Positions 49,889-62,215 of a DNA stretch of 64,000 bases are shown piece by piece (within the stretch, counting starts at the first letter, position 1; each line of letters starts with the position of its first letter). The DNA is taken from the NCBI GenBank assembly GCA_002245135.1, contig NGBS01001172.1, forward strand, positions 1 through 64,000, given 5' to 3'. This stretch comes from Proteromonas lacertae. Lineage: Eukaryota. Under the pieces are notes generated by a model. The model saw only the letters and a list, made by a program, of their open reading frames with translations. It ran no database searches and was not told the origin of the DNA. The position numbers were made by a program, and so were the translations under genes.

Positions 49889-50055
49889 ACATATTAATTA
49901 TAAACATTTTTTATACAAAATTGTTGAATTATATTTCAAATTTTCATCTATAACCATTATATATATATTTAACACTTTACAATAAGTCCACCCAAAATTT
50001 GATATTTTATACAATTAATAAAAATATAGTCGTTAGAACTCGTGTTGGTTTATTG

Positions 50056-51394
50056 ATGTTCAGAAACCTTACTATACTCCCCAAAACATTTATTCGAGTT
50101 AGTAGAAGAGCTCAAAATCCAAAATTAATTGCAGGGCTAAGAACAAATCAACACCAACTTTTTTTACGATACTTTGCTGATGTACCTGCAAAACATCCTG
50201 AAGAACATTTACATGACCATGATCATGACAATGAACATCATATTGGAGAATCAGAAAAAGAAATAATGGAAGAATTAATGAAGAAAGGAGAACATCACCA
50301 TCATAATCACGAACATAATCACAAACATAAATATATACATGTACATGATGATTTAAGTCATAATGCAGAAGAATTACAAAATCTATTACAGTCAGAACAA
50401 AACATAGGCAAAAGAGTGACATATATAGCTATTGCTCTAAATTTCGTATTAGGTGTAGCAAAAGGAAGTGCCGCTCTATATTCTCATTCTCAAGCTTTAT
50501 TATCAGATGCCGTTCACACATTAAGTGATTTACTTGCTGATTTAGTTACGTTGTATTGTATTCATGTGGCAAGAAGAGCACCAAGTACAAAATATCCATA
50601 TGGACCTGGAAAAGTTGAAAATGTATTTTATTTATTCTTTATTTATTTATATATTTAAATAGATGGGAGCTTTATTTGTATCTGCTACATTATTAGGATC
50701 ATCAGCTGCTTTGATTGTTCACGCTATAAATAGTTGGATTCCATTTATGCAGAAATCTCAAGAAGCTCTACATGGTCTAACTGATATATCTTATTTAACA
50801 ACATCAACTTCAGCTATACAATTATGTCATACAGTTGAAATGGATACAAATCATTTAGCAGTAGCTTTAGCAGCAGCATTTGCAAGTATTGCTACCAAGG
50901 AATGGATATTTCGAATAACGAAAGATGCAGCAATCAAAACAAGAAGTCCAGTTTTAATGGCAAATGCTTGGCATCATAGAACAGATGGTATGTCTTCAGT
51001 AGTCGCAGTAGTTGGTATTTTAGGTGCTATTATTGGTTTCCCATTGATTGATTCTATTGGTTCAGCTATTGTAGCAACTACTATTGGTGCTACTGGTTTT
51101 AAAATGTGGGCGAAGGCATTTAGAACACTGATTGATAGAGGGCCTAAACCAGAGACTGTTACTAAATTGAGTGAAATTATCAAGAAGCATCTGAAGGATG
51201 AGTATAGAATTAAAAGTATGGATATTCGTTCTAGTGGAGGATATTACCAGATTGTTGTAAAATTGTATTGTGATGATGATTCTAAGAATTTGGAAGACTT
51301 TGTAGCTGATAAAGAAGAATTAAGATCTGAAATACTGAAAGAACGATGTGGAATCCAAAGAATTGATTTTGATCTGGAAATGTTACCTAATTAA
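50056..51394 (+). CDS. Cation diffusion facilitator, probably organelle-targeted (MMT1/MTP6-like), with His-rich N-terminus
   Basis: SQALLSDAVHTLSD, YPYGPGKVE, ANAWHHRTD; Arg-rich, acid-poor leader. Confidence 0.85.
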
Positions 51395-51511
51395 ACAGCT
51401 AAATATATTGTTATTTTGTTAATCTGTTCACTGATTATTCAAAAATGACGCTTTAATTTATAATCAAAAAAAATTACCGTTATTCAAGATTCATTTCGAA
51501 TTAGTTGAAAA

Positions 51512-52054
51512 ATGGCACAACCAGGAGCAGTAGGACAAAAAATGAGTTATGAGGATGCAAAGGAACATGCATCTAAAATGTTACCCGATGCTAATGGTTT
51601 ATTAGTATGATTTTATGGTAATTTTGTATAATAGTATGGAACTTATGTAGCAGATAAAGAAAAATGGGGTATTGGACGTGTTCTTCGTGAACATAAGCCG
51701 AAAGGCCGTCGTAGAGTTGGTTGGACAACAAAACCACAAGACTATAAAGTACTATGCTGTGGTAACTCATTAACTGATATTCGTATAATTACATTGTCGT
51801 TTATTTAAATCCTAATAGTCCTCATTATCCTTTGCTTCATTTGTTTATATGGACTTATTGCACTTATTTTCTTTGCCTTCCTTCAATTAATTGACTTAAA
51901 TATGGAAGTTGTGTTAGCAGTCTTTGGTTGCATTGGGCTTGTTTTCATTATTGCATTAGGTATTTTTGTCTGGATAGGTCAGAAACAAAGTGAAAAAGTA
52001 AGAATGTCTGAAAAATGGAAGGCTAGAGGAGGTGATAATGATAAGACTGAATAA
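51512..52054 (+). CDS. Small two-TM hypothetical protein (spliced)
   Basis: MAQPGAVGQKMSYEDAKEH... with two short introns and two hydrophobic segments, ending ...GGDNDKTE*. Confidence 0.6.
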
Positions 52055-52168
52055 CTGTTATTTACATTAAAATAATAATAATTATTAATTTTTATTTGTG
52101 TTATTATAACTATTAAAAAAAACATTTTCTTATCAAATAATTTAAGAATATAACATACAGCATTGATC

Positions 52169-53489
52169 CTAGTCAATAGGTCCAAATCTATCTCTATAAT
52201 TCTTTATTACTTGTTTCAATCCCATTATCATAGTTTGTAATTCTTCATTCTCCTGTCTAAGTGCTTTATTTTCATCTATAACTGCTAATATTGCAGATCT
52301 TTCTTTAGGAGATATAGTAGTAGTTCCATCTGGATTAATATGCATTCCACCTACTGGATTTTGAGTATTATTATTATTATTGCCAATATTCATATCACTA
52401 GTAGCTGTATCTAAATCATCATCATTGTCATTATTATATGGATTTCTAATGGGTGGATATGTTGTAGCACCACCTTGTGATGGTGATGTTTCTACCATTC
52501 TACTTGGCAAACATGCCGATTGTGGTGGTTCTCTAAGATATGGATTAGGTGAAGCCATAGGTGATTGAAAACGTGATGAAAAGGATGATCTTGATGAAGA
52601 CATTGGAGTGACTGTTCTTGAATGTGATCCATATTCACTGTTAGTAGTTGTATACATACTAGCGAATCGATTAGCACCTGGTGAACCTGGTGGATTGAGT
52701 GGTGAGAGATATGGAGCTCTTTGAATGGGAGTTGAAACACTACGACCACTTCCTGCATATCCAGGTTGAACTGGCTATATATAATTAAATAAATATATTA
52801 ATATATATACACTAAAACAAGTTTGTTGTTGTTGTTGTTGTTGTTGTTGTTGATCTATTCCTCTAACATTTGTTATTATTTCACCATTTCTACCTCGTGC
52901 TGGAGCACCACAACCTGGCCTACCAAAACCATCATAAAATGAACCTCTACTTGCCACTTCACGTTCATATTCTCTATCTACAGCTCTTTCTCTGTCTCGC
53001 CAAGGGAGGGGATTTCCATTCTGATCTATCATTTGTTGTTGCATTATATTTGAACCATTATTAGACATTGGATCTATTGAAGCGATCATTGAGTGATCTG
53101 CCATTAATGGACCTGCTTCACCATCACCACCACCACCACCTCCACCACCATGTTTATTTGCATAACACTTATTGACATGAAATTGAAGGACAGATTGTGG
53201 GAATTCACCTTTGCATATTGGACATCTACTTTGTGGATCGTATGGTTTTGATTGAGATTGAGGTCGACTTACTGGACCTGTTTTTGATCTATTGATTGTT
53301 AAAGATATATATACTGATATTGTCCACCATATGAATTTCCTTCTCTTGATGGTGGAGTATTACCTCTTGGTCCACCTCTGCTAACTAAACAAGATTAGTA
53401 CAAAAGATTTCAATACGTCTATAAAAAATAAAAATATGCTAATTATACGGTGGGATGGATGGACTACTACCTTTGGGGGCAAAACACAT
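52169..53489 (-). CDS. Low-complexity protein with UBZ-type zinc finger, FGRPGCGAP motif (CSPP1/CCDC66-like) and C-terminal coiled coil
   Basis: RCPICKGEFPQSVLQFHVNKC and DGFGRPGCGAPARGRNG; several short introns; start tentative. Confidence 0.55.
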
Positions 53490-53892
53490 CTTTAATGCGG
53501 CAAAAAATCAAAAATAAATTCAAATTCAAAAAGTCGAGTTTTAAAACGAATATATTTTCATTTTTTGAATTATAAAAGCTTTAAAAACATGTGGACTGTT
53601 ATAATATTTTACATGAACAACTGTGAAAATTATTTATAATTATATAATATATAAAACACTCGAATAAATAAATTGAATAAATTCTATTTCTAGCTTCTTC
53701 AAAAATACCTTTCATTTTCTATGTATAATTCAAAAACATATATACTCTCAATTGCATGATATTAGATTTGAGATAATTGAAGAATAAAAAAATTGAGCGT
53801 TATGAAATTTCAAACCAATCATTTTCATTAATAGTACGAAAATTTATTCGTTACATTTCTCATTTTTAATTTTTGTTCTTTTCATATTCAAA

Positions 53893-54699
53893 ATGTCAAG
53901 CACAGCGGCTTTAGCAAAAGAAACAGGTTCTTCTATCGCAAATGCACCTACCACTATGGCAACATCCACAGCAGATGCTCTTAAAGACGGAATTGTCGAT
54001 ATAGCAAACGAACCTGGAAGAGCCATTGAGCAAGAAGTTAATCAAACAAAGAGAGAAATAGATAATGCCATCCATGAACCTGGCAGAGAGATTGAAAGAG
54101 AAATAAATCAAACTAAAAGAGAAATAGACAATGCGATACACGAACCAGGTAGAGAGATTGAACGTGAAATTAACCAAACTAAAAGAGAAATCGATAATGC
54201 TGTTCATGCTCCAGAAAGAGAGATAAGAAACGAAATAAATCAAACAAAACGAGAAATTGATGACACAATTCATGCACCAGAAAGAGCAGTTCAAGCTGAA
54301 ATAAATCAGACAAAAAGAGAAATTGATCAGACAAAAAGAGAAATAGACAATACAATTCATGCTCCAGAAAGAGCTGTAAAGAATGAAATTAACCAAACCA
54401 AAAGAGAGATAGATCAAGCTGTACATGCACCAGGAAACGCAGTGAGAAGTGAAGTAAATCAAACTAAGAGAGAAATTGACCAAGCTATTCATGCTCCAGG
54501 TAATGCCATAAGAAGTGAAGTTAATGAGACAAAAAGAGAAATTACAAATACTGTTACTGCTCCTCAAAGAGCTGTCAATAATGAATTAAGACAAGTTAAT
54601 AATGAAGTAAACTATGCTGCTCGTGCACCAGAAAGAGCAATTCGTAGTGAAACTAACAAGATAAAGAGTGATATTCGACAGTGTTGTATAATTTTTTAA
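53893..54699 (+). CDS. 22-aa helical tandem-repeat protein with CaaX tail (CCIIF)
   Basis: About ten copies of EINQTKREIDNAIH(A/E)P(G/E)R(E/A)I. Confidence 0.85.
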   Translation: MSSTAALAKETGSSIANAPTTMATSTADALKDGIVDIANEPGRAIEQEVNQTKREIDNAIHEPGREIEREINQTKREIDNAIHEPGREIEREINQTKREIDNAVHAPEREIRNEINQTKREIDDTIHAPERAVQAEINQTKREIDQTKREIDNTIHAPERAVKNEINQTKREIDQAVHAPGNAVRSEVNQTKREIDQAIHAPGNAIRSEVNETKREITNTVTAPQRAVNNELRQVNNEVNYAARAPERAIRSETNKIKSDIRQCCIIF

Positions 54700-54969
54700 A
54701 TAATAGATATAATATATTTTTCATAAGTAATGCATATCATATATTACATTTGTCCATATTTGTTTGTTGTGGTTTATATTTTTATGAAATGTTTTTTTTA
54801 TCAAATTTATTATTTCTTTATTATTTTAATATATTTATTTTTTTTATTAAATATTAATCTAATAATAATTTGGTGATTAATAGGAGTATTAAATAAAAAA
54901 AACAAATTAAAAGCTGATAAATTTCCTATATTTATTAAGTAAATTCATGAATAAAATTCTATATAAAAA

Positions 54970-56729
54970 TTAACATATAACACAACATTGAGTAATTCCT
55001 TGCATACATCCTTGTACAGCACCTTGTGATGCTTCTCGAGCAATACTGCCAGCATGAGTGCTTAATTGGGTTTGTAATTGACTTCCTATTCCACTTCCTA
55101 TGCTTCTTAAACTATTAACCAAACCTCTTCTTGATTCTGTAATACTACTTATTAATGCACTTTTTGTATCACTAATTCCTTCTCTAAGCAGTTCTCCTGG
55201 AACACTCATAACATCACTAAGTCCTTCAGTTATATCTTCTTTTGTCTGACTAATTCCACTTCTTAATAATTCTCCTGGTGCATGAATTGCTTCACTAATA
55301 CTTTCATTAATTTGCTCTTTTGTTTGATTAATTTCACTTCTAATCATTTCACCAGGAGCGTGAATTACATCATTAATTTCATTTCTAATCTCTTGTTTGG
55401 TTTGATTTAATCTCGTTTCTAATCTCTTGTTTAGTCTCATTTATCTCATTCTTTATTGCTCTTCCAGGAGCATGAATTGCATCATTTAACTCTTGTTTGG
55501 TTTGGTTTATCTCGTTTCTTATCTCTTGTTTAGTCTCATTTATCTCATTCTTTATTGCTCTTCCAGGAGCATGAATTGCATCATTTAACTCCTGTTTGGT
55601 TTGGTTTATTTCACCATCAATCTCCTGCTTAATCTGGTATAACTCACTATCTTCATTTGCCACATAAGAATCATCAGAATTATCTTGTTGTGTTTGTTTC
55701 TTATTATTCATTTCATCTTTTATAACTTGGTTGTCATAGTTTACTTGTTTATTTTGATAAACTTCATACTTTACAGCTTGTTGTTGTTGCTGAGATTGAA
55801 TTAAATCATTAGTTTCTTGTTTGATTTGCTTCATCTCATTTTTTATTTCTTGTTTAGTTTGGTTCATTTCAGTTCTGATAGCTTCTACTAAAGCACGAAT
55901 TGCCATCACTGATTTCATTCTTTATTTCATGTTTAATTTGGCTTATCTCATTTTTGATTTCAAGTTGATTTTGATTAATTTCATTCTTTATTCCTTCCAT
56001 AGCTTGACCATTTACTGTATTTATCATTGTATGTGGAGCACCAGTGCTTTCATCATCCTCTTCTGCTAGTTTCATCCTCTTCATTCATGCCATCTTCATT
56101 AATCTGGTTAACTCCAATATTTATATTTTGTTTCGGCTGCTTTTTAACTCTTCTTATGGCTTTCTTTACAAATTTTTTCTTATCACGGAAACGTTGATTA
56201 TTCTCTTGTTTACTTTTGCCTCTTTCATTTTTCATTTCTTGAACATTTTGATTTACTTCGTTATTCATATCGTCTATACTTTGATCATTTCCTTTCTTCA
56301 CAACTTTTTGTGTTTTATTCACAGTATCACTTATCTCTTTATTATTTTGATTATCGTCTTTTTTCATAACTTTATCCTGCTCATGGCTGGTTTTCTCAGT
56401 TTCTTGATTGGTTTGCTTACTTCCATTGTTGCTAGCTTTTGTATTTTGATCATTATCATTCTTCATTACTCCTCCTGGACATTCAGTCTTTTTATCAATC
56501 TCTTGTTGAGCAAGGTTAGTATCATCCTTAATTACTCTTTCCTTTGTTAGCGCAGCAGAATTAGCCAATTCAACATTACCAGATGTGGATGAAGAATTAT
56601 TCGCTTTATTTGATGCACTAGCATCTGAATTTCCTACTTGTTTTGAAGAAACAGGTTTACTAGGCATTGCAGCTAAGAAAAGAGAAGATATAAGTAGAAA
56701 GATACTTACCGATTGAAATTGCTCTTCAT
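54970..56729 (-). CDS. Paralogous repeat protein with CaaX tail (CCVIC), interrupted by three single-base insertions
   Basis: Four tracked ORFs join into one when an extra base is removed near 56065, 55904 and 55408. Repeats read EINQTKQELNDAIHAPGRAIKN. The start is 56729 (via a 37-nt intron) or 56667. Confidence 0.7.
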
Positions 56730-57107
56730 TTAACGAAAATGATTGGCTTAAAACTGAAACAGCTATATTTTTTTTGCCTTTTCATTTTCTGAAAAATATT
56801 CCCTCAAACCTTTCAAGCCATTCCAACTAAAAATGTATTGAAACTTGACTCTTACTACCATAATATATATAGTAAATATCATGTGCCTTTATAAAACCAT
56901 TATGTCTTCTAGAATAATTCTTAAAAACGTATTAAAGAGATAAAGTCCGATTCTGTGAAAATAATAACAATATAACCTATTTAATGACTATATACATTTC
57001 AATTTATTTTATAGTGTATTTAAATTCATTATAGTTGTTCAGTAAAGAATAAAAGTATGAAATTGAAACGGCTATTTATTCTGAAATATTAAAAACAATC
57101 GTTTTTC

Positions 57108-57701
57108 ATGGCAGCTGTTGAACCAGAACAAACTGAAATACCCCAAGATGATAAAGAAAAGGTAATGAATCAATTAGAAGGGACAAATCTACCAAATGAT
57201 GAAAAAGACAATAATGAGCAAAATAATGTAGGAGGTGAAAATAATCAACCACAAGCTTCTTCTGACAATGATAATCAAGTTAATCAAGGCGATACTGGCG
57301 CTAAAGATAAGAGCACTAATGAAGAAGATAAAAACAAAACAGACACAGAAAATTCTTCTGGACCACCCAAAGAAAATGTAGAGACAGCAGAAAACAACGA
57401 TGCTGATAAAAAGAAATCAATAAACAAAAATCAGATATATCCAGAAGAAATGATAGGAAAAGATGATAAAACAAAACAAGAAAAAGAAGAAAAGAAGAAG
57501 AATGAACAGCCTACTGCTGTGCAAAAAGCAGTCACAAAGGTAGAAACTGCAGTTAAAAAGGAAGTTGATAAAGAAATCAAACAAGCTGAAAATAAAGCAA
57601 AAAATCAAGCAAAATCTGCTGTTAGATCAGAAGTGAATGAAGTGAAGAATGGTATTAGAAGCGAAGTTAGAAGTTGGTTTTCTGGATGTAATATTATCTA
57701 A
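57108..57701 (+). CDS. Hydrophilic protein with related C-terminal helix and CaaX tail (GCNII)
   Basis: Ends AVRSEVNEVKNGIRSEVRSWFSGCNII, echoing AIRSEVNETK and AIRSETNKIKSDIRQCCIIF of the first family member. Confidence 0.75.
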   Translation: MAAVEPEQTEIPQDDKEKVMNQLEGTNLPNDEKDNNEQNNVGGENNQPQASSDNDNQVNQGDTGAKDKSTNEEDKNKTDTENSSGPPKENVETAENNDADKKKSINKNQIYPEEMIGKDDKTKQEKEEKKKNEQPTAVQKAVTKVETAVKKEVDKEIKQAENKAKNQAKSAVRSEVNEVKNGIRSEVRSWFSGCNII

Positions 57702-57810
57702 ATGTATCTTTAAGATAATTATATGAGATGCATGTGAAGGAAATATAAAATTAAATGGTGATTTTACATATACAATGTATTATATAATGTATTTTAAGTG
57801 AAATTTTTAA

Positions 57811-57883
57811 GGTTCGTTGGTGTAGTGGTTATCACGCCCGCTTCACACGCGGGAGGTCCTGAGTTCAAACCTCGGACGAATCA
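57811..57883 (+). tRNA. tRNA-Val (anticodon CAC)
   Basis: Acceptor stem GGTTCGT/ACGAATC, D arm with TGGTGTAGTGG, anticodon arm CCCGC-TTCACAC-GCGGG, T loop GTTCAAA, downstream oligo-T Pol III terminator. Confidence 0.95.
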
Positions 57884-57922
57884 GTTGTTTTTTCTTTTTT
57901 CCTCTTTTACAATAATAATAAA

Positions 57923-58935
57923 TTACAAACTTATTACATTTATAGTCTTATCCCATGATGTGCTATATATTTTATTATCTTTTGAGCTAATTGAAGAGAT
58001 GTAATCTTGATTTTGTTTGTAATTATTACTATATAATAGAATATAAACTACTACAAATATATATACACAACACTAAGATCAGATACATTATGTTGAATAA
58101 TACTAGTATCATCACTTCCTGAAAATAAAAATCCATTTGTTTCATGTAAACATCTATTTAACCCTCTATGATGATTCTATAACTCAATACATATATAATC
58201 AAATAGTAATACATTAGAACTGACAACTTCATCCGCTTTTCTAATATCTCGTAATTCAATAACTCCATCAACATTTCCTATAAAAAGTGCATTGGCATCA
58301 TTATTAGACCATAAACACGATGTATATGGTATGTCACTTTGGATGGTTATAGAACAACTATAATCTTTAACATTCCATATTTTAGTTTTACAATCATCAG
58401 ATACTGAACATATCATATTATTTAACATTGACCAATCACAGCCTACAATACGTTTTGAATGACCAACTAATGATTCATTACTATTTGGGTGAACAATATC
58501 CCAAATCTTCATTGTACAATCATAAGAGGCAGAGACAAAGAGTGTAGATTTCTGTGGAGATGCTTTAACACAGGAAACAACATCATCGTGTTCTGACAAA
58601 CATTCAATAAGAGTTGATGGGGATTTATACTTTTCAATTTGCATAGCATTGTTTATTCTATAAATCTATTAATATTAACTAAAGATTTAAAATACAACGA
58701 TATCACCTATATTAGTAGCTCCAATAACATAATTACCATCATATGCACAATCAATAGAGTTTATTCCATGTGGATTACCTATTTTAAAACACTTTGTAAA
58801 TCCAGAATCAAAAACAATAATCTCACCATCCCATACTGGTCCATTGTAATGTGCAGTTCCAACAATGAAATAATTAAGGATAGAATTATATTTTATAGAT
58901 GTAAGCTGCTTATCATGAGAAAAAACTAAATTCAT
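57923..58935 (-). CDS. WD40-repeat protein, possibly MEP50/WDR77-like (multi-exon)
   Basis: EHDDVVSCV...SASYDCTMKIWD, GH...KTKIWN, final exon STSWDKTINVISL*. Confidence 0.7.
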
Positions 58936-59070
58936 GTTTAAATGAAACGAATATATTTTTATAAATGTTTTTATTCATTTAATCTAGACACTCACACATA
59001 CAAATTATATATAATAATATAATATAATGATAATTAATTATAATATCAAATAGAATTTTACTTTCATTAT

Positions 59071-61757
59071 CTAATGTAATCCAAATTTCTCAGAACTACT
59101 TTCTCTAGCTTTATTTGGATCAAAATTAGGTAATGATCTTACTCTCTCCATACCAGCATTAAGTTCAACAGGTCTACTACATGGTTCAATATGCCAGATC
59201 TGTTCAGAGTATTCCTTCATCACTCTATCAGTTGAGAAGAATCCCATACTTGCTACACTCATTATACTCATTCTAGTCCATTCTTCTTTATTCTTATAGG
59301 TCTCATCTACTTGTCTTTGAGCTCTTAAATAGTCTCTAAAATCATGAATTACTAAGTAATGATCATGACCATTCTTAATTGTATCTAATAAAGCATAAGC
59401 ATCACCAACTGGACAGAAACGACCACTTTCCATCTCTTTGAATACTTCTTCAAGCTCGGGACAAGGTTTGATTTGACCAGCTCTCATTTCACTTCTTAAT
59501 CTTTCCACTTCATCAGTTAAAGCTCCAAAATAAAAGATATTTTCTTCGCCAATATTTAAAGCTATTTCAATGTTAGCACCATCTCTTGTTCCGATGATTA
59601 AAGAACCATTCATTGCGAACTTCATATTACTAGTTCCTGATGCTTCTGTACCAGCTGTAGAGATATGTTGAGATAATTCAGCTGCTGGGATAATCATTTC
59701 AGCTAACGATACGTTGTAATTTGGAATAAATACAACTTTGAATAAATCACCAATATCTGGATCATTATTTACTACATTAGATACTTGATTAATGAATTTA
59801 ATTATTCTTTTAGCAGTTACATATGCTGGTGCTGCTTTGCCTCCAAATATAGTTACTCTGGGAACTACATTCTTTCTCTCTTCAGGACTCATTCTTTTAA
59901 TCCATAAGTATCTATGACAGCAGTATAAAATATCCATAAACTGACGTTTATATTCATGTATTCTTTTAACTAATACATCAAACATGGAGTTAGGATTAAC
60001 TTTAATACCTAAATTCTTCTCTAAATAGTTAGCTAATCGGATTTTATTATGTAATTTCACTTCATACCATTTTTGCATTAAATCACCATCATCTACAGAC
60101 ATCTTCAAAGCGGATATTAATGATAAATCTTTAGCCCAATTATCATCTCCTATAGTTTCAGTAATTAATTTACTCATCTCAGGGTTAGCTAATAACATCC
60201 ATCTACGTGGTGTAACACCATTCGTCTTATTTTGGAACTTCTCAGGCCATAAATCATAGAAATCAGGGAAGACAGATTGTTTGATGATTTCACTGTGGAT
60301 TTCAGCAACTCCATTGACTGCAAAACTACCAATAATAGCAAGATTAGCCATTCTAACACGTTTAGGGAATCCTTCTTCAAAGATGGACATGTTATTCATC
60401 TTTTCGAAATTATGATTATACTTCTTATCAACAAATTGCATAAAGTTCCAATTAATCAATTCAATAATCTGTAAATGTCTTGGTAATAAGGAACCAATCA
60501 AATCTACACTCCATTTCTCTAATGCTTCTGGTAATACAGTGTGATTGGTATAAGCGAATGTTTTAGTTGTAATATCCCACGCTTCTTCATAACATAATCC
60601 TTCTTCATCCATCAATAGTCTCATTAATTCAGCAATACCAATAGATGGATGAGTATCGTTTAACTGTATACTGTTTTTAGCTGCAAATTCACTCCAAGGT
60701 CTTGGCATTCTCTTTTTGAAGTTTTTAATTAAATCTTGTAAAGTAGCTGAAACAAAGAAATATTGTTGTTTTAAACGTAATTCTTTACCTGAATAAGTAC
60801 TATCATTTGGATACAATACACTGGTGATTGTCTCTGCTCTTTGACTTTCTTCTAATGCTTTGAAGTAATCACCACGATTAAATGAACCTAAATCAAAAGC
60901 TTGAGCAGGCTTGGCTTTCCATAGACGAAGGTTGATTGTATTATTAGTTCTGTAACCTGGAATAGGGTTATCACAAGCTACAGCATTGACAAATACACTT
61001 GGAACCCATCTTTTCTTTTCTAATCCATTTTGAGTGTAAGTTTCGACTGTTCCATAGAAACCTATTGGATATTTTACATCTAAACGTTGGATTTCCCATG
61101 GATTACCAAAAGTTAACCAATAATCTGGATTTTCAACTTGTTCACCATTAATTATCAATTGTTTGAAGATACCATAAGTATATCTTATACCATATCCCCA
61201 AGCTGGTAGATTCAAAGTAGCCATTGAATCTAAGAAGCATGCAGCTAATCTACCTAAACCTCCATTACCTAAAGCAGCATCATTTTCACATTCGTATAAA
61301 TCTTCGATTTTGAATCCTAAATCGAATAAAGCATCTCTGAAATTTTCTTCACAGTCTAAGTTGATTAGACTATTTTGTAAGGATCTACCCATTAAGAATT
61401 CAAGAGATAAATAAGAGCTATTTTTGATATATATATTATAAATAAAATTATATACGTTCTCTTTACATCTTGTTCTTCAAAGTAAGCTGTTGTATCATTA
61501 AGGTTTTCGATTAATCTATCACGAACACTGTGAGAAGTGGCAAGATATGCACGATAACTATCAAAATTGAAACGAGTTGATGCTAATGTGTATTCAACAT
61601 GGTTTACAATTGAGTGTTCAATACTTGGAACATCTAATACATAAAATGTGATTAACAATACCATTTGAGAGGTATGATGACATAAGTGACCATAACTCTT
61701 CATGAACTTTATCTTCGGTGGTAGCTAGTAAGTAAAATTAAGTAATATACTACTCAT
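59071..61757 (-). CDS. Glycogen/alpha-glucan phosphorylase (GT35)
   Basis: LGNGGLGRLAACF, KRIHEYKRQ, EASGTSNMKF (PLP lysine); spliced N-terminus MSTTTEDKVHEELWSLMSSYLSNDVPSIEH. Confidence 0.95.
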
Positions 61758-62215
61758 CTTGAATAATGCAAAACCTATATGATATTATGATAGATATATA
61801 TTTATAAGAATAAGATAGAATAATATAAAGGATAGATATCCTTAAATGGGTACATACGGGTTAGAAGAACTGATGAGAGAAAATGAATCTCAAGTTTGAT
61901 TGGTTAACTTCGTTGGGGTTTTATTCGGCTTCTAAAATGTGTATCAATTTGATTTATTGAAAACATGCTCTATCATCTTTATATCTTTGTATTATCATAG
62001 AAAGGTAACTCCTAATAGCTTTCATTTTTATGGATTTCATATATAATACATAAATCTATTCTTTGGTCATATATATTATTGATTATCTTTGTTATTTTTC
62101 CCAATCTTGTTTAGATTTTTCTAAAAATGAAAGATAAAATTTTATCAAGCTTTTTTTGTTTTTCAAACTCGATTTTATCGATCGATCTTTTTTGATCGAT
62201 ATTTAAAACACAATT

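Noticed and set aside
53990..54660. CRISPR-like array
   Set aside because: The 66-bp periodicity is a coding repeat with synonymous variation and no unique spacers; the context is eukaryotic with no cas genes.
2884..60474. Many short antisense ORFs in the track (for example 2884-3087, 18960-19313, 23459-23833, 53911-54567, 56044-56550, 57798-58004)
   Set aside because: They are shadows of real genes or of the tRNA, with F/L/S/I-rich composition and mostly non-ATG starts.
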